A DNA stretch of 61,095 bases, counting the filler. It is 14 parts of 14 records of this genome, joined end to end, with 100 filler letters (N's around TTAATTAATTAA, not from the genome) between each part and the next. Parts side by side here need not be neighbours in the genome. Positions count along the whole stretch, not along the records: positions 1 to 5,370 come from SRR7504441_20013; positions 5,471 to 9,141 come from SRR7504441_20042; positions 9,242 to 13,166 come from SRR7504441_20057; 11 more parts are not named here. One strand, given 5' to 3'. Both the position numbers and the translations under genes were made by a program. Positions 1 to 9,646 of the stretch are shown piece after piece; the first letter of the stretch is position 1, and the number at the start of each line of letters is the position of its first letter. Below the pieces are notes generated by a model that worked only from the letters and a program-made list of their open reading frames with translations, had not been told where the DNA came from and did not search any database.

Positions 1-619
1 AGCTTTCGACGAGGAGGGCAACCAGAGGCTGAGGCAGAATCAGGTCTTCCTGTTGCTGCAGACTATGTCTCCTGGGGTGTCTGATGCTCAGCTGCTCTGC
101 ACACTGGTGCGTACTCGCCTTGCAGCCGCCCTGCTCAGTTTAGCTGTAGGTGGATGAAGCGGCTCAGAGTGCTGGTGGCTTCCAAGGCGCAGTGCACATT
201 AACACGTGCTGCCGCCACTCGTGGCATTGCCTGATCTCTTGTGCAGGCTGTGCGAGTGGCGCCAACTTTGCTCGCTGCTGTCAAGAGCCCTGCGCAGGCT
301 AGAATTGCAGTTGGTCACGTCGCTGAGCACTTCGCATGTCGTCGCGCAGCAGATTGGCTCCAGGCCAGCTGGACACTGCCAGTCCGGTGCAGCACTGGGG
401 TCCCCACAAAAGCGTGTGGCCGTAGGGCCCAACAGGGCAGGCTCTCCGTCGGCTAGGAGACCACAGACAGCGCGCGGACCGGCGGCAGCTCGGCGAGGGG
501 GGGCAAAGGTGGCGTCCAGCCAAAGAATCACCAAAAGTAAGAGGGTCAAGCCTGCACGTACTAAAGTTCGCCGACATAATGGCTTGATTGTGCCACCAGC
601 GGCAGGCTTGAACTATTGA
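1..619 (+). CDS. 3' part of a spliced gene, possibly EF-hand-like (5' end outside window)
   Basis: Frame from position 2 reads AFDEEGNQRLRQNQVFLLLQTMSPG; candidate short GT..AG intron near 107-149; distal exon ORF ends at 619. Confidence 0.35.
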
Positions 620-973
620 TAATCGTATGATAATCGTATGCATGATTGTACATGTAATCAAATAAATCGTCTTTGATAATTATACATGCCGCTCGTTTGT
701 CAATCATTTATCAGTGACAAACGAGCGTGTGACAATCAGATTATCTCGCTGATACCGTGTTCACGACAAACGAGTAGAGATAGAATACTTAGTGATAGAA
801 TTAGTATACGTAAGACTGTTTAATCATTTCGAGACTCTCAAGAACTAATTGATTCCACATGCTATGCATGTGTGTGCGGCTCTATAAAGCTGGACATCAA
901 GTGTGAAATTCAATTACTAGCCATGCAGCATAATCGATCATGGCTGTATCCATATGGGAAAGCAGCGGGCCAT

Positions 974-2353
974 CTAGAGCGCCAGATCGATCATTGCAAG
1001 CTTGTCCTGCAGCGAGGCCCTGGCCATCATCAGGATCCGGCGCTTTCTGGCCTCGCCCAACGCTCCAATCGAATTAAAAAAGGCCACAGACACCTTGTCG
1101 GAAAGGATCATCGAGGCCCACTCCTGATCCGACGCATCCTGCAGGCTCGACTCACCCGCTGAGCTGGTCCCAGCTGCTGGCTGCTCTTGCGACGGCTCGT
1201 TCCACTCGATCCGCCAGTTCTTGCCCTGCTGAGACTGCTCGAGAGAGCCCCAGCTCATGCCCTGCCCCTCTGCGTGGTCGGACAAAAAATACTCCTGCTG
1301 GCCCATCCCGAACAGGTGTACTGGCCCGCCAGAGCAGAGCGCACCCTCCCACTCGAGTCGCCAGTGGAGTCCGCCAGAGGATTCAACGATCGAGCCCCAG
1401 CTCATCCCGAGGCCCTGCCCATGATTGGAGTGGAAGCACTCGCCGTGGCTCCGGCTCTCGATGTGGATCTCCTGGCTGAAACGCTCGCCGCCCAGCCACC
1501 GGACAGGTCCACATCGTTCGATCCGCCAGTCCTGCTCCAGCAGCTGCTGCTGCTGTGAAGAGCCCCACATCATGCCCTCGCCTTCGCTGGCATGCGAGCA
1601 CAGGTAGGCCTCCGCCGCGACTCCAAACAGCCGGACCCTTCCATCGAGCACCGAGTCGGCCTGCTGCTCGGACGGATCCTCGTACTGCTCCTCTTCTTCG
1701 GAGTCGCTTGAACCACTGTCGCCTGACTCGCTGTCGCTCGACTCACTGTCGTCGTCCGACTCGCAGCGCGGAGGCGGGAGCACGCGGCACCAGTCCTGCG
1801 CCCGAATCGTCTCGATCGCCTCCTCGGCCGCGGCGGGCCCTCCTTGATCGGCCGCCCGGCGCACAGGCTTCTCTATGAAGTGCTCGACGATCCTGTCCGC
1901 CGAGCGCCCCAGCACGGTCAGGTCGGCCTCTGACTCATCCAAGAACCGACCGACCGCCCCGGGTTCGTCTTGGACATACTCCCGGGTGATGGCCGCCAGG
2001 ATGGCTTGCTTGAGCTCGGCAGGCAGAGCCGGGGCACGAGGGATTGGCCACGAATCGGCCATTTCTTGGTCGATCAGCGCGAGCTCTGCCGCTGCCTCCC
2101 CGCGCTCTTGGGCCTTGCGCATCCGGTGCTCCAGGCAACGCTCGACGATCGCTTCGGCGTGCGGGCCGAGTCCCGCGGCCAGGGCGTCGGCCGAGGACTC
2201 CAAGTAGTCGCCCACAGCTCCGTCGACTTGGTCGACATACTCGGCCCGCAGCGCGGCCACGATCGCCGGGCGGAGCTGGGCGGCCGCAGGGTTGGCAGTT
2301 GTCGAGAGCACGAGGTACTCGCCGTCGTCGGTGGTGTTCACAGCAGCTGACAT
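974..2353 (-). CDS. Hypothetical protein: two ~80-aa helical repeats, acidic linker, three beta-trefoil-like repeats
   Basis: 459-aa ORF; repeats AIVAALRAEYV..GAVGDYL / AILAAITREYV..GAVGRFL, then three G.GM.WGS...WR.E units. Confidence 0.75.
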   Translation of the reverse strand: MSAAVNTTDDGEYLVLSTTANPAAAQLRPAIVAALRAEYVDQVDGAVGDYLESSADALAAGLGPHAEAIVERCLEHRMRKAQERGEAAAELALIDQEMADSWPIPRAPALPAELKQAILAAITREYVQDEPGAVGRFLDESEADLTVLGRSADRIVEHFIEKPVRRAADQGGPAAAEEAIETIRAQDWCRVLPPPRCESDDDSESSDSESGDSGSSDSEEEEQYEDPSEQQADSVLDGRVRLFGVAAEAYLCSHASEGEGMMWGSSQQQQLLEQDWRIERCGPVRWLGGERFSQEIHIESRSHGECFHSNHGQGLGMSWGSIVESSGGLHWRLEWEGALCSGGPVHLFGMGQQEYFLSDHAEGQGMSWGSLEQSQQGKNWRIEWNEPSQEQPAAGTSSAGESSLQDASDQEWASMILSDKVSVAFFNSIGALGEARKRRILMMARASLQDKLAMIDLAL

Positions 2354-2421
2354 TGCAATGCCCAGTGCTGGAGCCTCTTGTTGCCAATTGCCGCTCTAAC
2401 GGAACTGAATCATCGGTGGAG

Positions 2422-3591
2422 ATGCTCCGGCCGCTGGTCGGCTGGCTCTCGGCCTGCTGCGCCGCCGGGGTGACCATCTCGAACGCGCGGCCGCGGGTGG
2501 ACGGGCGCACGGGGGCGATCCTGGAGCTGGGCGACGGCTCGCTGGCCAAGTTCGGGTCCCGCTACTATCTGTACGGGGTTAAGTACCGGTGCACCCCCTC
2601 GCCAGTCGGGCCTACCCAGGGCTGCGTCCCCCGGGGCGGGGACCGCCGGATCTGGTCCGGGATGAGCATCGGGGTGGCATCGTCGGCCGACCTGGTCAGC
2701 TGGCGGGTGGAGAGCTATGACGCCATCCCAGAGATGCACCAGCCCTCGGCCAGCTACCCGGCCAGTCAGTACGCCTGGTTCATGCCGACCATCGTCCACA
2801 ACGGCACGCACTACGCCCTCTGGTACTACATCGACGACTATGCCCGGGGGGTGGCGGTCAGCAGCTCGCCAGCTGGCCCGTTCGCAATCGTCCACCACTG
2901 CGTTCCAAACCTGCAGCTCGGGTCCGATTTCTTCTTCTGGACAGCCCCCGATGGGATCTACATGAAGCACAACGGTGGCTGTGCCGGCGACGGTGCCGTT
3001 GTCAGCCCCGGCGAGCCCTGCCCCACTGCCCCTGTCAAGCGAGGCCAAGGCATTTGCGTGGCCAAGCTGTCCAACAACCTAACGGATATCGCTGAGTCGT
3101 CGCGGCCGATCCAGGCCCCAGGCGAAGGCGGCGGGATCTTCGAGCGCGAAGGCCGATGGTACATCATGCAAGGGCACGGCTGCTGCTTCTGTAAGTGTGG
3201 CGACGACGCACAGGTTTTTGAAAGCAGCTCCGGGCCCTACGGGCCTTATCAAGCCACAAATAACATCATTAACTGCTCCCTGCCGGATTACCACGCCGGC
3301 CGGGACTGCGGCGGGCCTAACTCTCCGAAGCGAGGCCCGGGGGCCCAGCAATTCGGGGTGTTCGCGATTCCGCTGGCCGGGAACAAGACGGCCCACCTTT
3401 GGGTCGGGATCAGGTTCGGCTCGGCGCCTGATGGACTCAAATGCCACGAGTGGCCGGCCGGGCTGGGCAGGGCTGAGTGGGCCTGGTGCAGGTTTCAGTA
3501 TTGGGACGCCCTCAAATTTGATCAGCAGGGACACGTGCTTCCTCTCGAGTTCAAGGACAGCTTCGTGCTGGATATCCCGACAAATAATTAA
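2422..3591 (+). CDS. Secreted glycoside hydrolase, GH43-like five-bladed beta-propeller
   Basis: Signal-like MLRPLVGWLSACCAAG; YYLYG, SSADLVSW, VAVSSSPAGPF, EGGGIFEREGRWYIM motifs; in-frame 42-nt GT-AG intron 3450-3491. Confidence 0.75.
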   Translation: MLRPLVGWLSACCAAGVTISNARPRVDGRTGAILELGDGSLAKFGSRYYLYGVKYRCTPSPVGPTQGCVPRGGDRRIWSGMSIGVASSADLVSWRVESYDAIPEMHQPSASYPASQYAWFMPTIVHNGTHYALWYYIDDYARGVAVSSSPAGPFAIVHHCVPNLQLGSDFFFWTAPDGIYMKHNGGCAGDGAVVSPGEPCPTAPVKRGQGICVAKLSNNLTDIAESSRPIQAPGEGGGIFEREGRWYIMQGHGCCFCKCGDDAQVFESSSGPYGPYQATNNIINCSLPDYHAGRDCGGPNSPKRGPGAQQFGVFAIPLAGNKTAHLWVGIRFGSAPDGLKCHEWPAGLGRAEWAWCRFQYWDALKFDQQGHVLPLEFKDSFVLDIPTNN

Positions 3592-3685
3592 TTCCAGTGC
3601 CGACTGGTTTATAAAATATCCGCGAGAATCGATATACTTGTAATAACCGGGTCTAGCCGTATATAACCGTACATTAGTTTAACCA

Positions 3686-5269
3686 TTACAATAAACGAAA
3701 AACACTCAGGACTGCTCTATGATCGGAAGGCCACAACTCGACTCCCGAGTTGGTTCCATCGAGTGTGACGCTACGCACAAGCTCGGTATTGGCATTCACG
3801 GTGCTATGATACACAAAGTCGATCCGGTCGTGCACCCCGCGTTCCTCCTCCTCCGGCTTGGGAGACCAGGTCGTTTGACTGCCCTCTGCAACCTCTCTCT
3901 CTCGAGCCTCGCTAAAGCTGTCAGAAAGGCCCCGCGCCTCGCACTCCATCGAGCACGGCCACGCCACTAATCCCCAATAGTCCTTATGGCTCGCGCAGTT
4001 GAAATCTCCCGTCAGAAACAACGGCGCTGCCGGCTCTGCTGCGCACGCGCTGTCAATTTCGCCCAACACCGAGAGAAGCCCTGGGAGTTGGGTCTGGGCC
4101 TCGACCGCTTCTGCCTCAGCTGGGCTCTCCTGGTCGCAGTGGAGTACATACGGCGGGTAAGGGTGGTGAGCAAGGTGTACGTTGAAGAGCAGGACCCACC
4201 GGGAGTCCATCCTGAGCCTCCAACCTGAGTTTGAGCTGCCGGCCAACGATTCGCCGGGCCACCTACTGAGCACTGAGGTGCCTGACGAACCATTCCCGAG
4301 CGCATGCAGGCCGCAGAAACTGGCGATGAGCTTGGCCGTTGAGAGCGAGCATTCCTGAAGCCCCACAATGTCCGGATTGGCCGTCCGAATCACGTCTGCA
4401 GTCCGCTCCAGGCTGTCGCCTCCATTCCTCCATATGTTGAACGTCATCACTCGGAGAAGCTGCGAATCCTCCTGCGGCGCTGCCGGCAGCGCCGTATGGC
4501 CGGCCCACCAGGTGAAACATACGCCCCGGCCGTTGCAGTTGCAGCTGGACGTGATCGCAATCGGGCTTTCCGGGGCTGGCCATTGCATCGCTTTCAAGTA
4601 AAATTGGTCCCATCCGTACGATCCCGAGTTCTGGCTCACAAAGTACAGCTCCTCCGACCCGGCGGTGCCACACGCGGCTTTGTCGTAAACAGCCACCAAC
4701 AGTGCGGCTCCATCCGGGTCGGTGTTGTGCGCGTCGATACCTACCACCGTCTCCGTGGGCACTTGGGCCGAACTCAGCAGGCACTTCAGCTGCTCGGCCG
4801 AGCCGCTCCAGGAGCCGGCGCTCGACTGGATCCAGCCGAGCTCCAACGCAGGCGCCTCTGGAACGCGCCGTGCATCGAAGAAGACGAAGCACCGAGGGGC
4901 CGGGAGGCTGCAGCTGCAGGTAAGCGATACAAGCTGCCCCCTCTGCAGCCCGGCGCAGAACTCGACGGCCTTGTCGTAGAGCTCCGGCCACTCGCCGCCA
5001 GGGGCGCTCTCCACTTGATGGTACTGCAGGTCGAGTGGCTGTTGGCCTTCGGACTGCTCGGAGCTCCAATGGGCGCTGAAGATGGCCTGGCAGTCGGGGC
5101 CGTTGTTGTGGGCGTCCACCCAGACCATCTGCCCGCGTTGGAGTCCTTTGAGCGCAATGTCGGCCACCAACTGGGAGGCGGCTGCCCCCCAACTGTCCCC
5201 TCTCACCTCGTGGTAGCAGGCCATTGTGTTGGAGATACCCACCGGTACAGTAACGGTCTCTAACGGCAT
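3686..5269 (-). CDS. Exonuclease/endonuclease/phosphatase (EEP) domain protein with a duplicated N-terminal module
   Basis: LRVMTFNIW, DIVGLQE, NVHL, LTGDFN, RIDFVY, SDHRAV motifs; probable ATG at 5269. Confidence 0.85.
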   Translation of the reverse strand: MPLETVTVPVGISNTMACYHEVRGDSWGAAASQLVADIALKGLQRGQMVWVDAHNNGPDCQAIFSAHWSSEQSEGQQPLDLQYHQVESAPGGEWPELYDKAVEFCAGLQRGQLVSLTCSCSLPAPRCFVFFDARRVPEAPALELGWIQSSAGSWSGSAEQLKCLLSSAQVPTETVVGIDAHNTDPDGAALLVAVYDKAACGTAGSEELYFVSQNSGSYGWDQFYLKAMQWPAPESPIAITSSCNCNGRGVCFTWWAGHTALPAAPQEDSQLLRVMTFNIWRNGGDSLERTADVIRTANPDIVGLQECSLSTAKLIASFCGLHALGNGSSGTSVLSRWPGESLAGSSNSGWRLRMDSRWVLLFNVHLAHHPYPPYVLHCDQESPAEAEAVEAQTQLPGLLSVLGEIDSACAAEPAAPLFLTGDFNCASHKDYWGLVAWPCSMECEARGLSDSFSEAREREVAEGSQTTWSPKPEEEERGVHDRIDFVYHSTVNANTELVRSVTLDGTNSGVELWPSDHRAVLSVFRLL

Positions 5270-5344
5270 TGACCGCCGCAGAAGCGCGAAGCAGAAGCAC
5301 CTACGTGCAGTATTTCGATAGATGTAGTACATGAAATATAAATA

Positions 5345-5370
5345 TAAGTACATTTATTAGAAAGTCGGGG
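5345..5370 (-). repeat. Dispersed repeat end, identical to 34614-34639 in opposite orientation
   Basis: 26/26 match CCCCGACTTTCTAATAAATGTACTTA; both copies are at contig ends. Confidence 0.85.
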
Positions 5371-5470
5371 NNNNNNNNNNNNNNNNNNNNNNNNNNNNNN
5401 NNNNNNNNNNNNNNTTAATTAATTAANNNNNNNNNNNNNNNNNNNNNNNNNNNNNNNNNNNNNNNNNNNN
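5371..5470. other. Artificial contig spacer; the same type occurs at 9142, 13167, 17628, 23799, 27163, 30785, 34510, 38816, 42116, 47102, 52205 and 56765 (each 100 bp)
   Basis: N-run + TTAATTAATTAA (stops in all six frames) + N-run. Confidence 0.99.
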
Positions 5471-7243
5471 AGGAAGAAAGCAGAGGCAGTAGCTAGGCAG
5501 CAGGAGGAGCAAGCTAGGGCTGAGCTGGAGGCTATTAGGAACGAGGCAGAGGCAGCTGCTAGAAAGGCGGAAGAGTTGGAAAAGGCTGTAGAGGAAGCAA
5601 AGAGGAGGGAGGCCGAGGCTAGGAGGAAGAAGGCTGTCACAGCAACTAACCGGAAGGAGCAGCCCAGGACTGTGCAAGCAAAGTGGACTGAAGACCAGGT
5701 AAGGGTGGCGGTAGAAGCAAACAGGAGTGAGGCTGTGGCAGAGGCATCAGTTAAGAGGAAGCAAGCGGTGCACCGTCAACAGGTGGATGAGGCAAAAACA
5801 AGGAAGCAGGAATCGTCTGTCAATAAGGCGGAGCTGGAAGCCAGAGCAATGAGGCAGAAGGAGCTCGCTAAAATAGAAGACCAGACAAGCAGTCAAGGAG
5901 AGTTAACACGGACTGGAGCTCATACAGACATGTACGCTCGGGCTCAAACGCGTCCAGATCCTGTAGACACCCGAGATAAAGAACCAAACGGAATAATTCC
6001 GCTCAGCACCTCAAGCTTGCAGAGACGAGCTTCGGCAGGATCAAGGGCCAGGCACCTTCCTGAGTCTATCCTGCAAGTGGAAGCCGAAGCAAGGGTCCGT
6101 CGGCAGAAAGAGCTGCTCATAGAGCTACAAGCGAGTAAGCATGACCTGTCCTCTGACAGCACTCTGCCAGCTAAGCGCTTTAATGCGAGTGGCTCTGCAC
6201 GCCACTCGAAACAGCGCCACTCGCCAACGTCTCGCCGGATGGAGCGTCAGATGCAGGAGGAAGCAGAGGCGTTTGAACGGATTAACGATATACTAAGAAC
6301 AGCCGATGAAGGGCTGCCCGACAAGTTCAATGAGATTTTAGCAAATTCGGATCATGGCCTACCGGAGACGCTGCCTATCCAAGAGGATCGATCAATCGAT
6401 ATGGAGGCTTTCAACAGTAAGGTCAGCTCTGATACTCGCGTTACATTAAAAGCAGGCTTTGTGCGAAGTCAACTCCTGCAGCAGGTCTCACCGGCCACTA
6501 GGAATGCAGTGGTTGCTTCGATGCACGAGAGGCTGGCCCAGCCCTCAGATGCGGCCCGATCGGCCCACGAGGCGATCGAGGCGGTTCAAGCCCAGCTAAG
6601 CACAATGCGGCACCTGAGCAGCCAGAATCAAGCTCAGCGGCCAGAGGAGTGCACACAAAAGCCTACTAGCATTGCACATAGGGGTACCAAGGGTCGACCC
6701 GCTAGATTTGGGGATCAAAAGCCTGGTACTGTCCAGCAGCGAGTGGTGGCTCGACAGAGCAACACTATGGCCAGCCCAGCTACAATTGGCAGAAAAATGC
6801 GCCAGGTAAACTTAAATCCATCTAAGGCACCTATTAGATCTGTGTGCTGATTGGTGGACTGTCAGATGAAACTGTGGATGGATAAAGCCACCCGGTACTT
6901 TGGCACTGGAAAGAAGACAACCGTCTCACTCCCACAGCTGCTCAAGCTGATTGATGTTGATGGGATGCCAGGGAGCGCGGACCAGGACGAGCTTGCCAGT
7001 GCGCTTCAGCAACTCATAAACCAGTCTGCAAGTCCGATCCCATCCAAGTCAGTGGCAGAGCACCACACACCTCTGGAGATCCAGCGGCGCTCGGGTGATC
7101 GGAGGCGGCCGAGGCGCCGGCTGGATGAATTGTCAAGTGACCTAGGCAGACAGGAGTCTGAAATGCTGGAATTAATGGACAAACAGATTGCGGAGCAAGG
7201 CAGATCTGAGTCACTTGACGTTTGGCCCAAGACTAGCTATTGA
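5471..7243 (+). CDS. Coiled-coil / low-complexity protein, 5'-truncated, with an intron near 6806-6865
   Basis: E/A/K/R-rich ORF continuing into the 6851-7243 ORF. Confidence 0.6.
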
Positions 7244-7460
7244 AATGCTTGCAGATGGAGCCATATGGAGCCGTCCAGTAATCATTGTAATAGTATCAGC
7301 ACTAATCAGCACATGTACAGTTGACGTAACTAACTAACGTGCTTGACACATTCACGAGCGCTCGTGATCATGATACATACGGTATAATTCTGGTGCGTAA
7401 TGCGTCGATCTCCCGAGATCGGGGATGCCAAGCATATTGTAAGTTAATTGTAAGTGGTGT

Positions 7461-9005
7461 TCATCCTAAATCTAGATCGAATTTGCGCCCCACCCCTGCA
7501 TTGTACACTTTGCATGCTCGCGCATGTGCGTTGTGTCTGGAGCACTTAAGCTCGAGCCCATACTCGCAGACCGCCGGGTACTGCTGCCACCCGTCACTCA
7601 GAGAGCCACTATACGCAAAATCGACGAGGAACTGTCGAAACCGATCGCCAACGGCCTCGGCCTGCTTCGAGATGGCGAGCTGAGCCGGGGCACTCGGTCG
7701 ACCCCATGTGAGCCAGATATCGATGCCCTCGGCAGCATACTGCACCTCGTAGAGCCCATTGTACTTGAACGGCACCGCGAAGCTCCAGATGTTGAGATAG
7801 AGCGGTGACCGGCGGCTGCGGATCATGCGCCCTGAAGCACTCCAGAGCCCACAGAACAGGGTGAGGTCTGTCCCCATCTGCTCCCACCTCTGGAGCGGCG
7901 CTCCTGCATAGAGAGGCCACACCTTGCCAGGGCTGATCTGCGCTGCCGCCGCCCATTTATCAAACGAGCTGCGGCTGAGTGGCCAAGCAGGAGCACCCTC
8001 AGGCGGTGGCCCGAAGTCGCCTTGCTCACGGCAGCCACTCAGCAGCAACGGCACATCCACCGCTGCCTGCTCAGTGAGCGTAACGTTATCCATCACCACG
8101 AACTTGACCCACGGAGTGCCGCCCCCCCCGTTGGGCAGGCTCGGGTCAGGGATAGTGCCAAAGGCGGGGAGCTGCTGGCCGGCGCTGCTGGCTGTGTTGC
8201 TCAGGTCGAGTGTGGCGAGTGTGCGGGGCTCGAGGCCGCGCGCACATGCCAGGTCGGTGCAGCCGGTCGGGAGTAGCGCCGTCCTCCAGGCCGCCGCCGC
8301 GTCTGCAGGGCTGGCGCCGATCCGAGGCAGAGGGCTGAGCGCAGCTGCCGCGCTGAACAACCCGGCAGCAGCTGGCATCCGCTGGAGCGCTAGCACACTC
8401 ACCCCACCCGCACTGTGGCCATACAAGAGCACCCGGCGCGGATCACCGCCAAAGCTGTGGATATTCAGTTGGACCCAGCGGAGCGCCGCGAGCTGGTCGA
8501 GCAGCCCTAGGTTGGCAGTCGCGTGGCTCTCGTCCAGGTAGAGGAAGCCAAAGGCGCCAAGCCGGTAGTTTAGCGTCACGTGCACCACACCCGCGGCAGG
8601 CAGCTGAAGACTTGAGCCGTAGGAGGGATCGTCGAGCCGACCAGACCCGACCACGTACCCACCGCCGTGCACCCAGAGCATCACCGGCCGAGGGCTGGCC
8701 GCGGGTGCAGCCGGTGTGTAGACGTTGATGAACAGGCAGTCCTCAACGCCGACCATCCCCGACCAGGCCCAGCCAGGCAACGCGAGCGTCAGAGCCATGC
8801 AGAGCACTGAGAGCAGCCCCCAGGCCAGTGCGCACCGCGAGGAGCACGCAAAGCGGCTGGCGGGGCGGTCGATGTCCAGGTAGTTGGTCTGGCTATTGGA
8901 GGTCCGGGCTGAACGCAGAGCACACAGCACAAAGATGGCGGTCAGCAAGGGCAGCACGTATACTGCGTGGGGAAGGATGACAGCATTCATGACCGAGTAT
9001 GGCAA
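7461..9005 (-). CDS. Type-B carboxylesterase family protein with N-terminal hydrophobic segments
   Basis: EDCLFINVYTP, PVMLWVHGGGY, NYRLGAFGFL, NLGLLDQ, FGGDP, GHSAG. Confidence 0.9.
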   Translation of the reverse strand: MPYSVMNAVILPHAVYVLPLLTAIFVLCALRSARTSNSQTNYLDIDRPASRFACSSRCALAWGLLSVLCMALTLALPGWAWSGMVGVEDCLFINVYTPAAPAASPRPVMLWVHGGGYVVGSGRLDDPSYGSSLQLPAAGVVHVTLNYRLGAFGFLYLDESHATANLGLLDQLAALRWVQLNIHSFGGDPRRVLLYGHSAGGVSVLALQRMPAAAGLFSAAAALSPLPRIGASPADAAAAWRTALLPTGCTDLACARGLEPRTLATLDLSNTASSAGQQLPAFGTIPDPSLPNGGGGTPWVKFVVMDNVTLTEQAAVDVPLLLSGCREQGDFGPPPEGAPAWPLSRSSFDKWAAAAQISPGKVWPLYAGAPLQRWEQMGTDLTLFCGLWSASGRMIRSRRSPLYLNIWSFAVPFKYNGLYEVQYAAEGIDIWLTWGRPSAPAQLAISKQAEAVGDRFRQFLVDFAYSGSLSDGWQQYPAVCEYGLELKCSRHNAHARACKVYNAGVGRKFDLDLG

Positions 9006-9646
9006 GCTATAGCCGGCTACGGCTGGTTGTGCACATATCGGACTCGGTGCCCTCGCGTCAATGACGCCGCCATCACAGCCAGCGTCGCGTGGTGCGGAGA
9101 AGCGGGTCGGCGGTGCCGCATAGCGCAGACCCTGGAATGCGNNNNNNNNNNNNNNNNNNNNNNNNNNNNNNNNNNNNNNNNNNNNTTAATTAATTAANNN
9201 NNNNNNNNNNNNNNNNNNNNNNNNNNNNNNNNNNNNNNNNNAGCCCCGAGGCCGGCCGGTTAATGTAGTTCTACTATTCTAGACTGTTGGTTACTGTTGG
9301 TTAAGGATAGCCTAGACATGTTTAAAATTTTCAATTTGCTATTACATGTAATTTTATATCAACTAGTTACGTACATGTACATGTAAAAGTTTGCATCGTC
9401 ACATGATCATATCATCATGTACGTAAATGTTTCGAGTAAGAAATTCAAAATAGACTTATCAACTAGCTAGTACTCTGAAGTACTCTAAACTCCCCTCAAC
9501 AAAATATTAACGAATTACATGTATCAATACTTCGGAACCACTGATGGTGCGTAGATGGAAAGTTTTACTTCAATCAATCAATTCTTTTGGCAAAACTTCT
9601 CTTGCAGTCAGCCCAAACTAATTTGTATCATTTGTAAAAGTGCTTG

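Noticed and set aside
2351-2360. CATTGCAATG palindrome giving two divergent ATGs 4 bp apart
   Set aside because: The + strand ATG opens only a 13-codon frame, out of frame with GH43.
5371-5470. Recurring TTAATTAATTAA within N-runs as a biological repeat or CRISPR-like array
   Set aside because: Fixed 100-bp artificial linker with stops in six frames; genes on different contigs are therefore not truly neighbours.
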